From the human T2T-CHM13v2.0 reference genome, Homo sapiens, in NCBI RefSeq assembly GCF_009914755.1, contig NC_060926.1: a stretch of 64,000 nt of DNA. The stretch is one strand, 5' to 3'. Of the stretch, positions 37,952 through 53,395 are shown piece by piece; positions within the stretch are counted from its first letter, which is position 1; every line of letters starts with the position of its first letter. Under the pieces are notes generated by a model, which saw nothing but the letters and a program-made list of their open reading frames with translations, searched no databases and was not told the origin of the DNA. Made by a program: the position numbers and the translations under genes.

Positions 37952-38295
37952 CTTTAGCTTTTTAGATCCAAATATGAATGTACAGGAAATACAGAAGACA
38001 GGAGAGCATGTTAAATGTCACCAGCAAAATCCAGACCGTGGAAAACTCTGTAGGACAAAAGGCCTAGCTTCTTTAACAAATACATTGCAAGGGAAAAAAT
38101 GGTGGGAGCACAGACCTACAGGTTAAAGAAGACTTAAAAATATACCAGTCACTCTCAAGGTGTGGGCTGGGTTTAGATCCTGTTTCAGACACACTATACA
38201 AAGTAAAATAATATTAAATAAACATTTTTTGAGAAAATTATAAATTTTAACACTACAGGCTATTTGATGGTAAGAAATTATTGAAATTTTATTTA

Positions 38296-38672
<377 letters not shown>

Positions 38673-38683
38673 AGAGTTCTTTA

Positions 38684-39018
<335 letters not shown>

Positions 39019-39779
39019 TTATCTTTACAAGAAAATGATGAATTGGATTTACTTCAACATAATTCTTAATGAAGGGAAGTAGGTGGGGTTGTAGATGAAA
39101 CAAAATCGGCCATAGTTGACAATTGTTGAAACTTGGTGGTGGATGCACGGGGATTCATTATATTCTTTTGCTTATTTTTAAATATGTTTGAAGTTTTCAT
39201 TAATTTTGTTTTTTGTAAGCCTTTAGCAGCTAATAATAACTTATTTTTTAAGGGGAACTTCCTCAAAAAAATTCTGATTTTAGATTCTCTTGAAAAAAAT
39301 GGAAAGATGTGGTAACGCTAGGCCAGCTTCCACAGTGCAACAACCAGCCAGAGTTGAAAAGGATCACGAGGAAGGCCTGATGCAGCCACAATCCTGACCA
39401 CTCCCGGGGGCACTTCCACCTGGCCCGCTCCTGTGTCTACACTACCCACCTCAGCCTTTAAGTGTTGGGGTCCCAATCCTGATATGGACTGCCTCACATT
39501 CCTCCTAGCACTCTCCTAAACCCAGCCCAAGCCCTGTCGTTCAAGTGGGGCTAGCACAAGGAGGGTTGCCTGCTCTTCCTCAATTTTTCATGCTTTTTCC
39601 CAGATCTTTTCTTCTGTGCCATGGATCCTTTTTGGTCCCCCAAGAATCTAGGGTTTTAAAACTCAAAAGCCAGAAAGAAACACTTCTCTCTCCTGCCTCC
39701 TGCTCTCTGCCATTATGTCCCTTCCCTGAGGGAGTGAGAACAGAACAGGCTGAGACTTTGGGGAAACAGGCAGGGATGG

Positions 39780-40588
<809 letters not shown>

Positions 40589-40775
40589 CACATATTTTAA
40601 AAATATGCGCAAAATAACACCAATCTCAGACCTGCGTGCAAATCAAACTACAGATTGGGAGGGAAGACACACAAAAATCACGGGAATGGGTCCTGTGGTA
40701 AGAGGAGAAAAACGAGATTGGGGATGGGCTGAAGGGGGCCAAAAAATAAGGTTAACTAAAATACAATTGAGTCCA

Positions 40776-40888
40776 GCGCATACCAACAAAGACGCCATGC
40801 CTTGCGCATACCAACAAAGACGCCATGCCTTGCGCATACCAACAAAGACGCCATGCCTTGCGCATACCAACAAAGACGCCATGCCTTG
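40776..40888. repeat. Minisatellite, 4 perfect copies of 28 bp
   Basis: (gcgcataccaacaaagacgccatgcctt)4 read directly. Confidence 0.98.
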
Positions 40889-41619
40889 AACCAAGAAGTA
40901 TGGCTAATTCATTTTGGGCACATGAAGTCTTTGCAAGCAGAAAAAACTAAACCAAAACAATACATCAGTTAATGTTTAACAGAAGTGGAAACAGAACTCA
41001 AGGGAGTGGCTGTGGCTACCCAGAGGTCTAATATGCACCCAGAGGTGGCAGAGGTTGGTCACTGTGAGGTTTGGATAGTGAGGGCAGAGGGTGGCCTCAG
41101 GCAACTCCAGGGGAAATCAGGTGACCCGGAACCTTCAGTCCCTGGTGATTACTTCTAAAAGACTGATCTCATTCTGGGGTGACCCCATGTCATGGCCTTG
41201 AGTCACTTTACTCACAGAAATTCGGTCTTCCTGAGGCACTGCTGACTGCTTTCAGGGAACTTGATGGTCACAAGATTTTCCCACAAAGATTGTTACCATG
41301 GGGTGCTTTCCATCTGTTATTAACCTCAGGTTTCTCCAGCAAAGTCAGCATATCCTGGGAACACAGACTCCTCCCGTCCACTTTTGTTGCCTGCTTTCAG
41401 TAACCAAAAGCTGTTTCTCAAACGGCATGTTATAGAACTCAGACTAGGACTGTGCAGCTTATTTTTCACATGGCGGGGACGGGGGAAGTGGTTCTAGCTA
41501 ACAGCTCTGGTAATGCTTGAAGTCCCACTCTTGGGGAATGAAGGGGAGAAAGATAGATGATGAGTTATTTTCTGTCTCCTGAATCCATCCTTCTCTTCCT
41601 TCCTCTTCTCCCTCCTTTC

Positions 41620-41990
41620 CTTCTCAAACATATATTTACTGCTGAGTACACAACAGGCACTGTGCTAGGCACCATGTGATTTGAGTCTGACATTATCACC
41701 TGCCCTCAAGGAGGTTAAAATCTAGTGGGGAGGAAGCAATGATATCAAGCATGATGGAAGCGTAAGGATGCTTTGAGACACGGAGGCAGACAGCTGCATC
41801 TGATGGGAAGGTGTCAGAGACAGCTTGGAGGTGGAGCACCTTGAGCTGAGTCTGGAGGAACATAATGGAGTCAAGAAGAATGGGAGGAACCGGGAGAGGT
41901 ATTCCTGCTGGAGAGGACAGCGTGGGCACTGGCTGGGAGCATGAAACAGCGTGAATCACTGGGAGGCTGACTGTAGTTCATCATGTCTAG
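41620..41990 (-). mobile_element. L2 3' fragment
   Basis: caaacatatattta...aggcactgtgctaggcac...cctgccctcaaggag. Confidence 0.75.
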
Positions 41991-42428
41991 GTTTGGTGCT
42001 CAGGACTGAACTCAGGCCCTATCTTCTCCCTGAAGCCTGCAGCAGGTGCCCCACCCCATCAAGTTCCAGCCCCCACCGCCCCCCAGCTCCACCTACTGAC
42101 AGTCGCTTGTTTCCCTTCTGTTCTTTCTCTTAGGAATTTTTTTGGTGTGAAGTCTTCCTTTCCCAGTCTTAGAGAGGGTCCCAAGAGGCCAATGCTTCTC
42201 CCACCCAGTGCTCAGAGCTCTTATTCCACCATGGGGATGTCTTGCCCGATTCTGAGTGGGTACAGTGTTCACCGAGGAGGCAGGCTGAGGCAGTTGGTAG
42301 CAGCACTGAATCCCACCCCAGCCCATTGGGTTTTCAGTCTGAGGGGCTTCTCCAGTGTGTGCCTGAGCCTGGCTGACACCTGGGCCAGTAGGCAGGTGAA
42401 CATTCTTCTGGGAGGGGAACTGAAAGCC

Positions 42429-42941
42429 TGTTGTAGCCAGTTTCTCAGTGATCCTGATCTCCTGGTTTTCAGGCCCTTGAATGGTCTCCTGCCACATTGC
42501 ATCAGGGTCGGTCTGCATGGCCCACAAGTACAGCAGAAGTGATGGCATATGCCTTCGAGGCTAGCTTAAGAAAGCCACGGTGATTAGCCTGCATTAGTTT
42601 CTGCCTTGGGCTGCTCACTATGGAAGCCAGCTGCTGTGTTGTAAGGATGTTCACGCAGCCCTCTCAGAGGTCCCAGAGGTGAGGAACTGACGCCTCCTGC
42701 CAACAGCCATGTGAGGACCCATCTTGGACGTGAATCCTCCCGCCTCATATCAAGCCCTCACGTGACAGCAGCTCTGCTTAATATCTTGACCGCAACCTCA
42801 TGAGAGACCCTGAACCAGAACAACTCACCTTAGTCGCGTCCAAATTCCTGACTCTAAGTTACCATTAGAGATGACACACGTTTTGCTGTTGAGGCTGCTG
42901 TTTCAGGGCAATTTGTTACATAGCAATAGATAACTCATGCA
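42429..42941 (+). mobile_element. MLT1F-like MaLR LTR
   Basis: gaggaactga..cctcctgccaacagccatgtg...gcaatagataact; TSD aagcc/aagca. Confidence 0.82.
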
Positions 42942-43299
42942 AAGCACTTGGCAACTCTAAGTGGTTTTTCCCACTGCGTGTTTGGGGAGGCTTCTGGACT
43001 GGGGTTTTGCCTCCTCTGCCAGACAGGAAATATTAGGGTTCCCAAAAGATCACAGCAGCTCACTCAACAGCTCCTTCCCTCGCTCCTTCTCTCTTCCCAG
43101 CAAATTGAAGGTACTTCCCTTTAAGCAACCAAAATCCAACAACAGATGCTTCAACAATAGATGCAAAAAGAAATCTGAATTGGGGGAGGGTGAGAAAAGA
43201 AAAATAAGAAAAAAGGGAAGAAAAAGATCCATCCCTGTGAGGTCTGAGAATAAAAGAAGGAAAAGGAAAAGAAAAAAAAAAAAAAGAAATCACCAGTGA

Positions 43300-43634
43300 A
43301 CCCCTACCTGGCTAAAACAGAGTTTTCTCCTCATCTCCACCCCCAGAGGTCTCCAGTCAGGGAGGTGACTGGCCTTGGGCACTGGTACATTCCCAAACAC
43401 TATGTAAACAAGCCCCATCAGACCCTTCCAGCCTCCGAAGCTGTCATTGCCTCCCTTTTGCTAAGTTGGTATTTAAACCTTTACCTCTGGCTGTACAGCA
43501 AGGTACTTATTACCGAGTGCTCCCACATATGAATAGACCTCGTCTTTTTTCCCGTTCGTATGTCTATTGTGAGTCATTTCACAAACCCCCTCCTCAAACC
43601 TAAGTTGGTAGAGGAAAAGACTTTTCTCCCAGCA
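43300..43634 (+). mobile_element. Probable ERV1 LTR fragment (MER34/MER39-like 3' half)
   Basis: TATA-like gtatttaaac, tgtctattgtgagtcattt, ends cttttctccccagca. Confidence 0.45.
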
Positions 43635-43919
43635 CCCTCAAGTCAAAGAAATTCCCAGGGGCTGTCAAGTGAGAAGTTCTGGAGCCCACTGCACTGAGTA
43701 TTCTCTCTGGTCAAAATGAACTTTCCTAAGAACAACCACCTCCAATAGGGGAGATGCTGCAGGGACCCCAGATACACCCACCACACCCAGATACAAATGG
43801 CCAGAGGCCCTTGGAAACACAGCTCCTGGACCTTAGGTCATAGCTGAGGCACCCTCTGACATACACAACGCTGCATCATCGCCTGGTCTGCAGCAGCTTC
43901 TTTTTGGGTTTTGGCTTCT

Positions 43920-44110
43920 TTAACAAACACTTAGTGCTTGCTATGAGTCAGGCTCTCTTCTAAGTATGTTAGAAATATGAAGTCATTTAATCCTCACAAC
44001 AACCTGCCTAGGAAGGTATTTTTACAGATAAGGATCCTGGGGCACAGAGAGGTGAAACAATTTGCCCAAGGCCACACAGTGCATGAGTGGCAGGGCCAGC
44101 CTGGCTCCAT
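43920..44110 (-). mobile_element. MIR
   Basis: catttaatcctcacaacaacc...acagagaggtgaa...ttgcccaaggccacacag core. Confidence 0.85.
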
Positions 44111-44451
44111 GCTCTGCCCTGAGATGAGAATGGACCCAGGGTCCATTTAGTGAGCATTCTGTGCCACCAGGGCACTGTTTCTTGGCCAGCACTCCTGGGG
44201 CTGGACAGGGTTGTGTATGTTGGTTTGGGCTGGGGGGAATCCAGGGGTCCATGTCCAAGCAGGGCATCAGCTCTTGAGGAAGCAAGGCCATGGCCTTACT
44301 AGAGAGAACTTCGTCTTCCAGGGCCAATCTCCACAGTCAGCTGAGGGTCTGCCTGAGCCCTGCCCAGGGTAGGAGGGGCTCTTGTGCGCAGGCTCATACC
44401 TGCTTCCTCACCCCTGCCAGGTTTGCCCCTATGTTTCCCACCTTCCTGGAC

Positions 44452-44655
44452 CAGTGCCTCTCAACTAAGGGCAGTTTTGTCCCCCAGAAGACATCTGACA
44501 ATGTCTAAAGGCATTTTTGATAGTCATGACTAGAAGGCTGCTACTGGCATCTAGTGAACAGAGGCCGGAGATGCTGCGAAACAGCCTACAATGCACAGAA
44601 CAAAGCCTCACCACAAAGAATGGTCTGTCAGTAGTGCGGCGGTGAGAAGCCATGA
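44452..44655 (+). mobile_element. MER20
   Basis: cagtgcctctcaact...ctactggcatctagtg...gtgagaagcc. Confidence 0.85.
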
Positions 44656-44869
44656 TCTAGGCCCACCTCACGGCATCCTTAAGGCTGAGAACCCCTCCCG
44701 TGTGATCTGTGTCTTGTTACAGCAGGGGTCCAGCGTCCTTGGAGGGCCACACCCATCCTCACTTTGGCGTCTCCCAGAGGCTACAACAGAAAGTGAAGGA
44801 CTCAGTTTGTACTGCAGCCTCAAGTTCTTGGAAATAAAATAAGGATGTTGAGGTCCTGGTAAATGTGGT

Positions 44870-45060
44870 GGCCATTATTTTGCATCAGGCTCTGTGCTGA
44901 GCACTTTATATATTTTATCTTATGTCATTCTCATAAGCCAGTCTGTGATGCTATTATTATCCTTCTTTTATAGATTGGGAAACTGAGGCTTTAAAAAAGT
45001 AGCTTGCTCAAGGTCACACAGCTAATAAACCTGGTGACAGTCTGCTTTCTAGCCTAACCA
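44870..45060 (-). mobile_element. MIR
   Basis: gggaaactgaggct...ttgctcaaggtcacacagcta core. Confidence 0.85.
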
Positions 45061-46597
45061 GGCCCTGGTATACATACTTAGGAAAGTAAACATGGTAAAT
45101 GCCCAGGGAGAGCCCACTCTTGGCCTGGCTTATGTCCTCCCCTGGGATCAGCACCCCTCACTCCACAGCACAGTTGCAGCTGAAGCTCTCAGGGCCAGCT
45201 AATTCTCTTCCCCTCTCTGGTTCTTACAGAAGGAAGGGGAAGAGTACAGAGAAGCAAGAGTAGGGTTAATTTTTGTGCAGGGACAGTTAAGACAGAGAGG
45301 AAGGGGCAGGGAAGAGATGGACAAGGGAGGGAGGCCTGGGAGCTTTTTATTATTTATTATAGCAGGGGAAAGAATGGGAGGTTTGTTTCTAAGCCATAAA
45401 TACTCTCCTTTGATCCCTGTGTCTATCAGAGATAAATTAGTCACTCTTAGGCCTCAGAAATTAATGACTGTCCTAATGATCACCCTAAGTGACCTTGCAG
45501 CATTCCTAATTCTCACCACTCCCTGCAAAGTAGCTGTGTCAGGGTTTGGCAAGGTTTGAGGATGAGGCAGGACTGAGCGGGATGAAGGTGTAATTTCATT
45601 CCTCAGCCCCAGCCTCACTTTGCAGAGATGAAATTGGCCTCTACTCCTAAGGCCAGAGAACAGTCAGAACCAGATCCCAACTTCTGGGCTCTGCCCTCCC
45701 TGGCTTTGCTTCAAGCACAGGGATGGGGAGCACTGCGTAAGGAAGCTTCAGGGCCCTGTGGAATTCTGACCTGGGAGAGGGTGGATCCCCTAGGGGTGTG
45801 CAGGCCTGCGAGGGGCACCTGAAAGCAAGAGGGCATTTGGATCAGGTTAACATCTGACCTCTCAGCAGGCCCTGCCCATTCAGACTGGGGAAGAGCTTTG
45901 AAGTTTCCTTTGTGTGATGTTTTCATGGCCCTGATCCTACTGTACTGGAATTAGCCCGAGGCCCTGCCCCTTCCCTGGAGATTTGTTCCCCAACTGCAAA
46001 AGTCTTAGAAAAATACCGCAAGCTCCACCCACCATCCCCACACCATTGAATGCTTTTTCCTTAGGCTAAAATACCAGGGAGGAAAAGGCCTCAGAACCCC
46101 CACCAGGAGACATTCTGTGCGTGTTTACAGTTTCTCAAGTGGAAAGCAAGGACCCCTGGAACCAGATCTGAGGGCAGGTGCTTCCCAGATAAGCATGTTA
46201 TGGGGTGGGGAGGATGGAGTAAGGGAGGGAGAAGCAAGATTGTCCCTGGAGGCTTCCCAAGCCACGGGCCAGGTCCAGAACAGCAAGGCTGTGGGTTCTG
46301 GCCAGAGAGAAGAGGAAGCTGGTGAAGCCAGGCCTTCCGGCCGTGCTCAGTGAGCAAACCATTGTGCCTAGTGTGGCCAAATATCCATCTCGGGGATCTC
46401 TCTCTGAGCACCAATGGCTTCTCCTATACTATTGCTCAAGTCCACCATAAAAGCAGTGTTTAAAAACGAAGGGAGAGGAAGACAAAAGAGAGGAAAGCGG
46501 AGAGAGAAACGGGAGGAGACGGAGAGAAGCAAGGAATCCCAAACTAGACTGCTAGATTCTGCTAGATTCGGCTTTTCAGAGTAAAGACTCTGAGCAA

Positions 46598-46631
46598 TAG
46601 TGCCATCTTGTGGCTATGAGTAGGAATTACA
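46598..46631 (-). promoter_or_regulatory. Candidate CTCF site with upstream motif
   Basis: Minus strand TGTAATTCC-n6-TAGCCACAAGATGGCACTA. Confidence 0.7.
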
Positions 46632-46636
46632 ATTAG

Positions 46637-46695
46637 TTTTCTCTCTCCTCTCTCTCTCTCTCAATCTCTCTCCCCCCCTCCCTCCCTCCCTCCCT

Positions 46696-46738
<43 letters not shown>

Positions 46739-46747
46739 CCCCTCCCT

Positions 46748-46779
<32 letters not shown>
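46637..46779. repeat. Compound (CT)n/(CCCT)n polypyrimidine microsatellite
   Basis: Direct reading. Confidence 0.97.
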
Positions 46780-46976
46780 GTCGTCTACTCATGGTGTTTG
46801 CAACTGCAGGGGCACAAGCCATGGATTTTGTTTCCACCCGAGACAATTGCCTCTCCCCCGACACCTACACCCCAAACTACTCCAGACTCTGCACCCTCTT
46901 CTACACACCTCTGGGGTGAGTCCACATTTGCCCAGTAGAAATACCTGCTATCTGATGTTTGACTCAACTCTAAGAC

Positions 46977-47460
<484 letters not shown>

Positions 47461-47504
47461 AAGCCGTCTGTCTGGATCTTCCCTGAGATGTGACTCCAGA
47501 GTAG

Positions 47505-47861
<357 letters not shown>

Positions 47862-48528
47862 TAGAGCCAACATTTCTCTTTTTTTCTATGCTTAGCATCC
47901 AAAGCTATCTTTATCAAAATCCACCTGCTAAAGCCCCCGCTAGGACAGCATGTGGGGAGGCTCTAGGCCATTCTGGATTCAGGACCTTCTGGCTCCATTC
48001 TGAATACAAAAGCTGACTTTTGACGTGAGAAATCTGACACACTCTTCACTCTCTGAGCCCAGGATTTTCTTTGCCAAATAGCTGGGCTTCTTTCTGTAGC
48101 CAGTGGTGATCCCACAAGCTTGCCTTTGCTTATATCAAAGACTCCAGATCTCCAGTTGAATGTCTCCACCAAGACATCAGAGTTGAAATTAAAAAGAGCA
48201 TTTCTTTCAGAGAATAAGCCCAAGCTTTGGAGATCTGGTTTGTACCCAGTCCCTGTTCCAGGCCAGCCTGCTCTGTCCCTTGCTCATTTAATTTTCTAGG
48301 TTAACAAACAGAGCAAAGTTTCCAGGTGTGCTTGCAGAATATCACCTGGAACATTATTTGGAGGAGAGAGGCAGGGTGCTGAGCTTTTTCTGAAGCTTTT
48401 TCTGAAGGCTTATATTCTGTAGGTCAGGGAGCCAGTTACTTACAAGTAAAACTGTCCCCAACAAGATTGCTCTATCAGGGCCCATTCGGGGTTGGCTTTT
48501 CTAGCATATGAGTCTAGCATATGAATCA

Positions 48529-49227
<699 letters not shown>

Positions 49228-49463
49228 TCAAAGATACCTGAGGTCTTTTCTTCAGTGTCTGCATTCTCAATGTTCATTTCATACCCGAGAAGCAAAGCCA
49301 GGCAAGGCAGCCTGGTAAATGGGCCCGGATCTTTTCCCAGAGAGCACTTTGTAACCTTGATAACAAGACTCAAATGACCTCCACCAAAATCAAAAACAAA
49401 ACTAACAAAAGCCCATTTGAATGTTAGAAAACATCTTCACAATGAATCTAGTCTTTCTGTTTT

Positions 49464-49545
49464 TGTGGTTTCGGCAGCTGCTTTATTTGGGTGTGTTCTT
49501 GACAGTCATGGTTTCAGAGGGTTCTTCTATCCAAGAGGAAGTCAG
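49464..49545 (+). promoter_or_regulatory. Candidate haematopoietic-type enhancer/promoter (RUNX, E-box, ETS)
   Basis: TGTGGTT, CAGCTG and AGAGGAAGT within ~80 bp of apparently unique sequence. Confidence 0.4.
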
Positions 49546-49667
49546 TCCTCTGAAGACCAAGTTTGCGTACTGGACAATTTGAGCTGACAGCAGCTGCCAA
49601 CTCATGCTCGGCTCTTCACGGTGGACTGTCTCTTGTGCAGGTCAGCTTGTCCTGGCAGATGCTATCC

Positions 49668-49755
49668 ATGGCAGTGCTTCCCTGCCTGGGCCTGGGGAGA
49701 GGCCCTCCTGGGAGATTCCTCTTCTGGCTGAGCCTGTACCTGGGCCTGTGTGCAG
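49668..49755 (+). CDS. Candidate signal-peptide exon MAVLPCLGLGRGPPGRFLFWLSLYLGLCA(G)
   Basis: ATGG start, hydrophobic core FLFWLSLYLGL, phase-1 donor CAG|GTAAGG; no downstream exon found. Confidence 0.3.
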
Positions 49756-50029
49756 GTAAGGAAGGCAGGTCATTGCTGCCTTGAAACTAATCCAGTGGAT
49801 GTACCTGGATCAGAAGACAAAATGAACTCACCAAATGTCAAATCATTGTTAACCAGGGCAAAGACTTACTTGTCCTCTCCCTGCCATGAGAAACAGCTCT
49901 GCCAACCACTGTCACATCTCCAGTGAGGGCTCTCATGGTATTTGCAGTGTGTGTGGTTGTTGTTTTTTGGAAGATGGGATCTAGAGAGTAAGAGGGTGTA
50001 GGGGTATAGGACTGGCAGCATTGGCAAGG

Positions 50030-50778
50030 GCTTAGAGCAAGGACATTTGGTAGCTGCCCGTGGGAGTGTAAACATTTCAGGAGGCCAATCTGGCAATGTG
50101 TGTCACGCCCAGAACAGTCCTGGCTTATTGTTATTTATTAATTACTATGGATTTTTAATATTATCTTTTTTCACTCTCAAAGAATCCTGCTTTGTAGAAT
50201 AAATGATATAATCACCCAACCTTTGGTGTGCCTTTAGGGAATGTATCCTAAGAATATGTACAAAGATGTAGATTTAGGGATGTTTACCACAGGGGTACCA
50301 GGCTTAAAGAAAAGCTAGAGATAAGTTATGTGGTTAATAACAGAGAATTAACTAAATTAGTTAAATAAATTATAGTACATTCCACACAGTAGAATGCTAG
50401 ATAGCCATTAAAATGAAATGTGGAAAAATATATAGTTCCATGGGAATATATGCATATTATTAAGGAAAGTTACTAAACATTTTTTATATATAACACTATT
50501 ATATATAGTGTTTAGTAATATATATAGTGTTTAGTAATTTAATATTAAATACTATATATATTTAGTAATTCACTATATATAGTAATTTAACATTAATGAT
50601 TATATATTATCATACAAACCTAGTTTACAAAGAAAAAAACATATGCACTGAACAAAAGACTTGAAGAATATACACTAAGCCATCATCAGTGGTTATCTCC
50701 GGGAAGTGGAATTAGAAGTGTCATGTACTTTCTTTTATGCCTTTTCTGTATTCCTACATTTTCTACAAGGAATGTGTA

Positions 50779-50780
<2 letters not shown>
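50030..50780 (+). mobile_element. Old L1M 3' region with AT-rich low-complexity tract
   Basis: aaataaattatagtacattc, agccattaaaa, cagtggttatctc motifs. Confidence 0.65.
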
Positions 50781-51984
<1,204 letters not shown>

Positions 51985-52696
51985 TCATTCTTTGTAATCT
52001 AACCCAACAGTCATCCAGGGAGGAGGCCTATAATCTGCATGAGGAGCTTCTAGAACTAGCTGGCTGTTGTTTTGTTATTAGCAGAAAACAATAATATTGT
52101 CAATAAGTAAATAATCAAGAACCCCAAGCAGATTTAACCCAAAGAAGACTACCTTAAGGCATTTAATAATCAAACTCCCAAAAGTCAAGGATAAAAAAAA
52201 GACTCTAAAAGCAGCAAGAGAAAAGAAACAAATAACATGCAATGGAGCCCAAATATATCTGGCAGCAGGCTTTTCAGTAGAAAACTTTACAGGCCAAGAA
52301 AGAGTGGCATGACATATTAAAAATACTGAAGGAAACAAAACTACCCTGGAATAGTATATCCGGTGAAATATCCTTCAAACATGAAGAAGAAATAAAGACT
52401 TTCCCAGACAAACAAAAGCTGAAGGATTTAATCAACTCCAGACCTATCCTACCAGAAATGCTAAAGGGAGATTTCAATTGGAAAGAAAAGGACATTAATG
52501 AGCAATAAGAAATTATCTGAAGGTACAAAGCTCACTGCCAATAGTAAATACACAGAAAAACACAGAATATGATAACACTGTAACTGTAGTTTGTAAACTA
52601 CTTTTATCCTAAGTAGAAAGAATAAACGATGAACCAGTCAAAAATAATAACTACAACAACCTTTCAAGACATAGTCAGTAAAATAAGATAAAAATA

Positions 52697-52970
52697 GGCC
52701 AGGTGCAGTGGCACACACATGTAACCCCAGCACTTTGGGAAGCTGAGGCGGGTGGATCACTTGAGGTCAGGAGTTCAAGACCAGCCTGGCCAACATGGTG
52801 AAATCCTGTCTCTAGTAAAAATACAAAAATTAGCTGGGTGTGGTGGTGCATTCCTGTAATCCCAGCTACTCAGGAGGCAAGGCAGGAGAATTGCTTTAAG
52901 ATCATGCCACTGTACTCCAGCCTAGGTGATAGAGCGAGACTCTGTCTCAAAAAAAAAAAAAAAAAAAAAA
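52697..52970 (+). mobile_element. Alu with right-arm deletion
   Basis: gagaattgctt joined directly to aagatcatgcc. Confidence 0.9.
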
Positions 52971-53092
52971 GATATATAAATAGAAACAACAAAAATTTAA
53001 AAAGCTGGGGGATGAAGTTAAGCCATAGAGATTTTATTAGTTTTCTTTTTGCTTGTTTGTTTATGCAGAGTGTTAAGTTGTTATCAGGTTAA

Positions 53093-53395
<303 letters not shown>

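Noticed and set aside
40776-40888. 28 bp repeats resembling a CRISPR array
   Set aside because: No spacers, eukaryotic context; simple tandem repeat.
41036-41053. CTCF-like cccagaggtggcag
   Set aside because: Partial match only, with no upstream motif.
50470-50610. AT-rich stretch with inverted repeats (ttactaaaca/tgtttagtaa)
   Set aside because: Low-complexity TA expansion within an old L1; palindromes are expected by composition.
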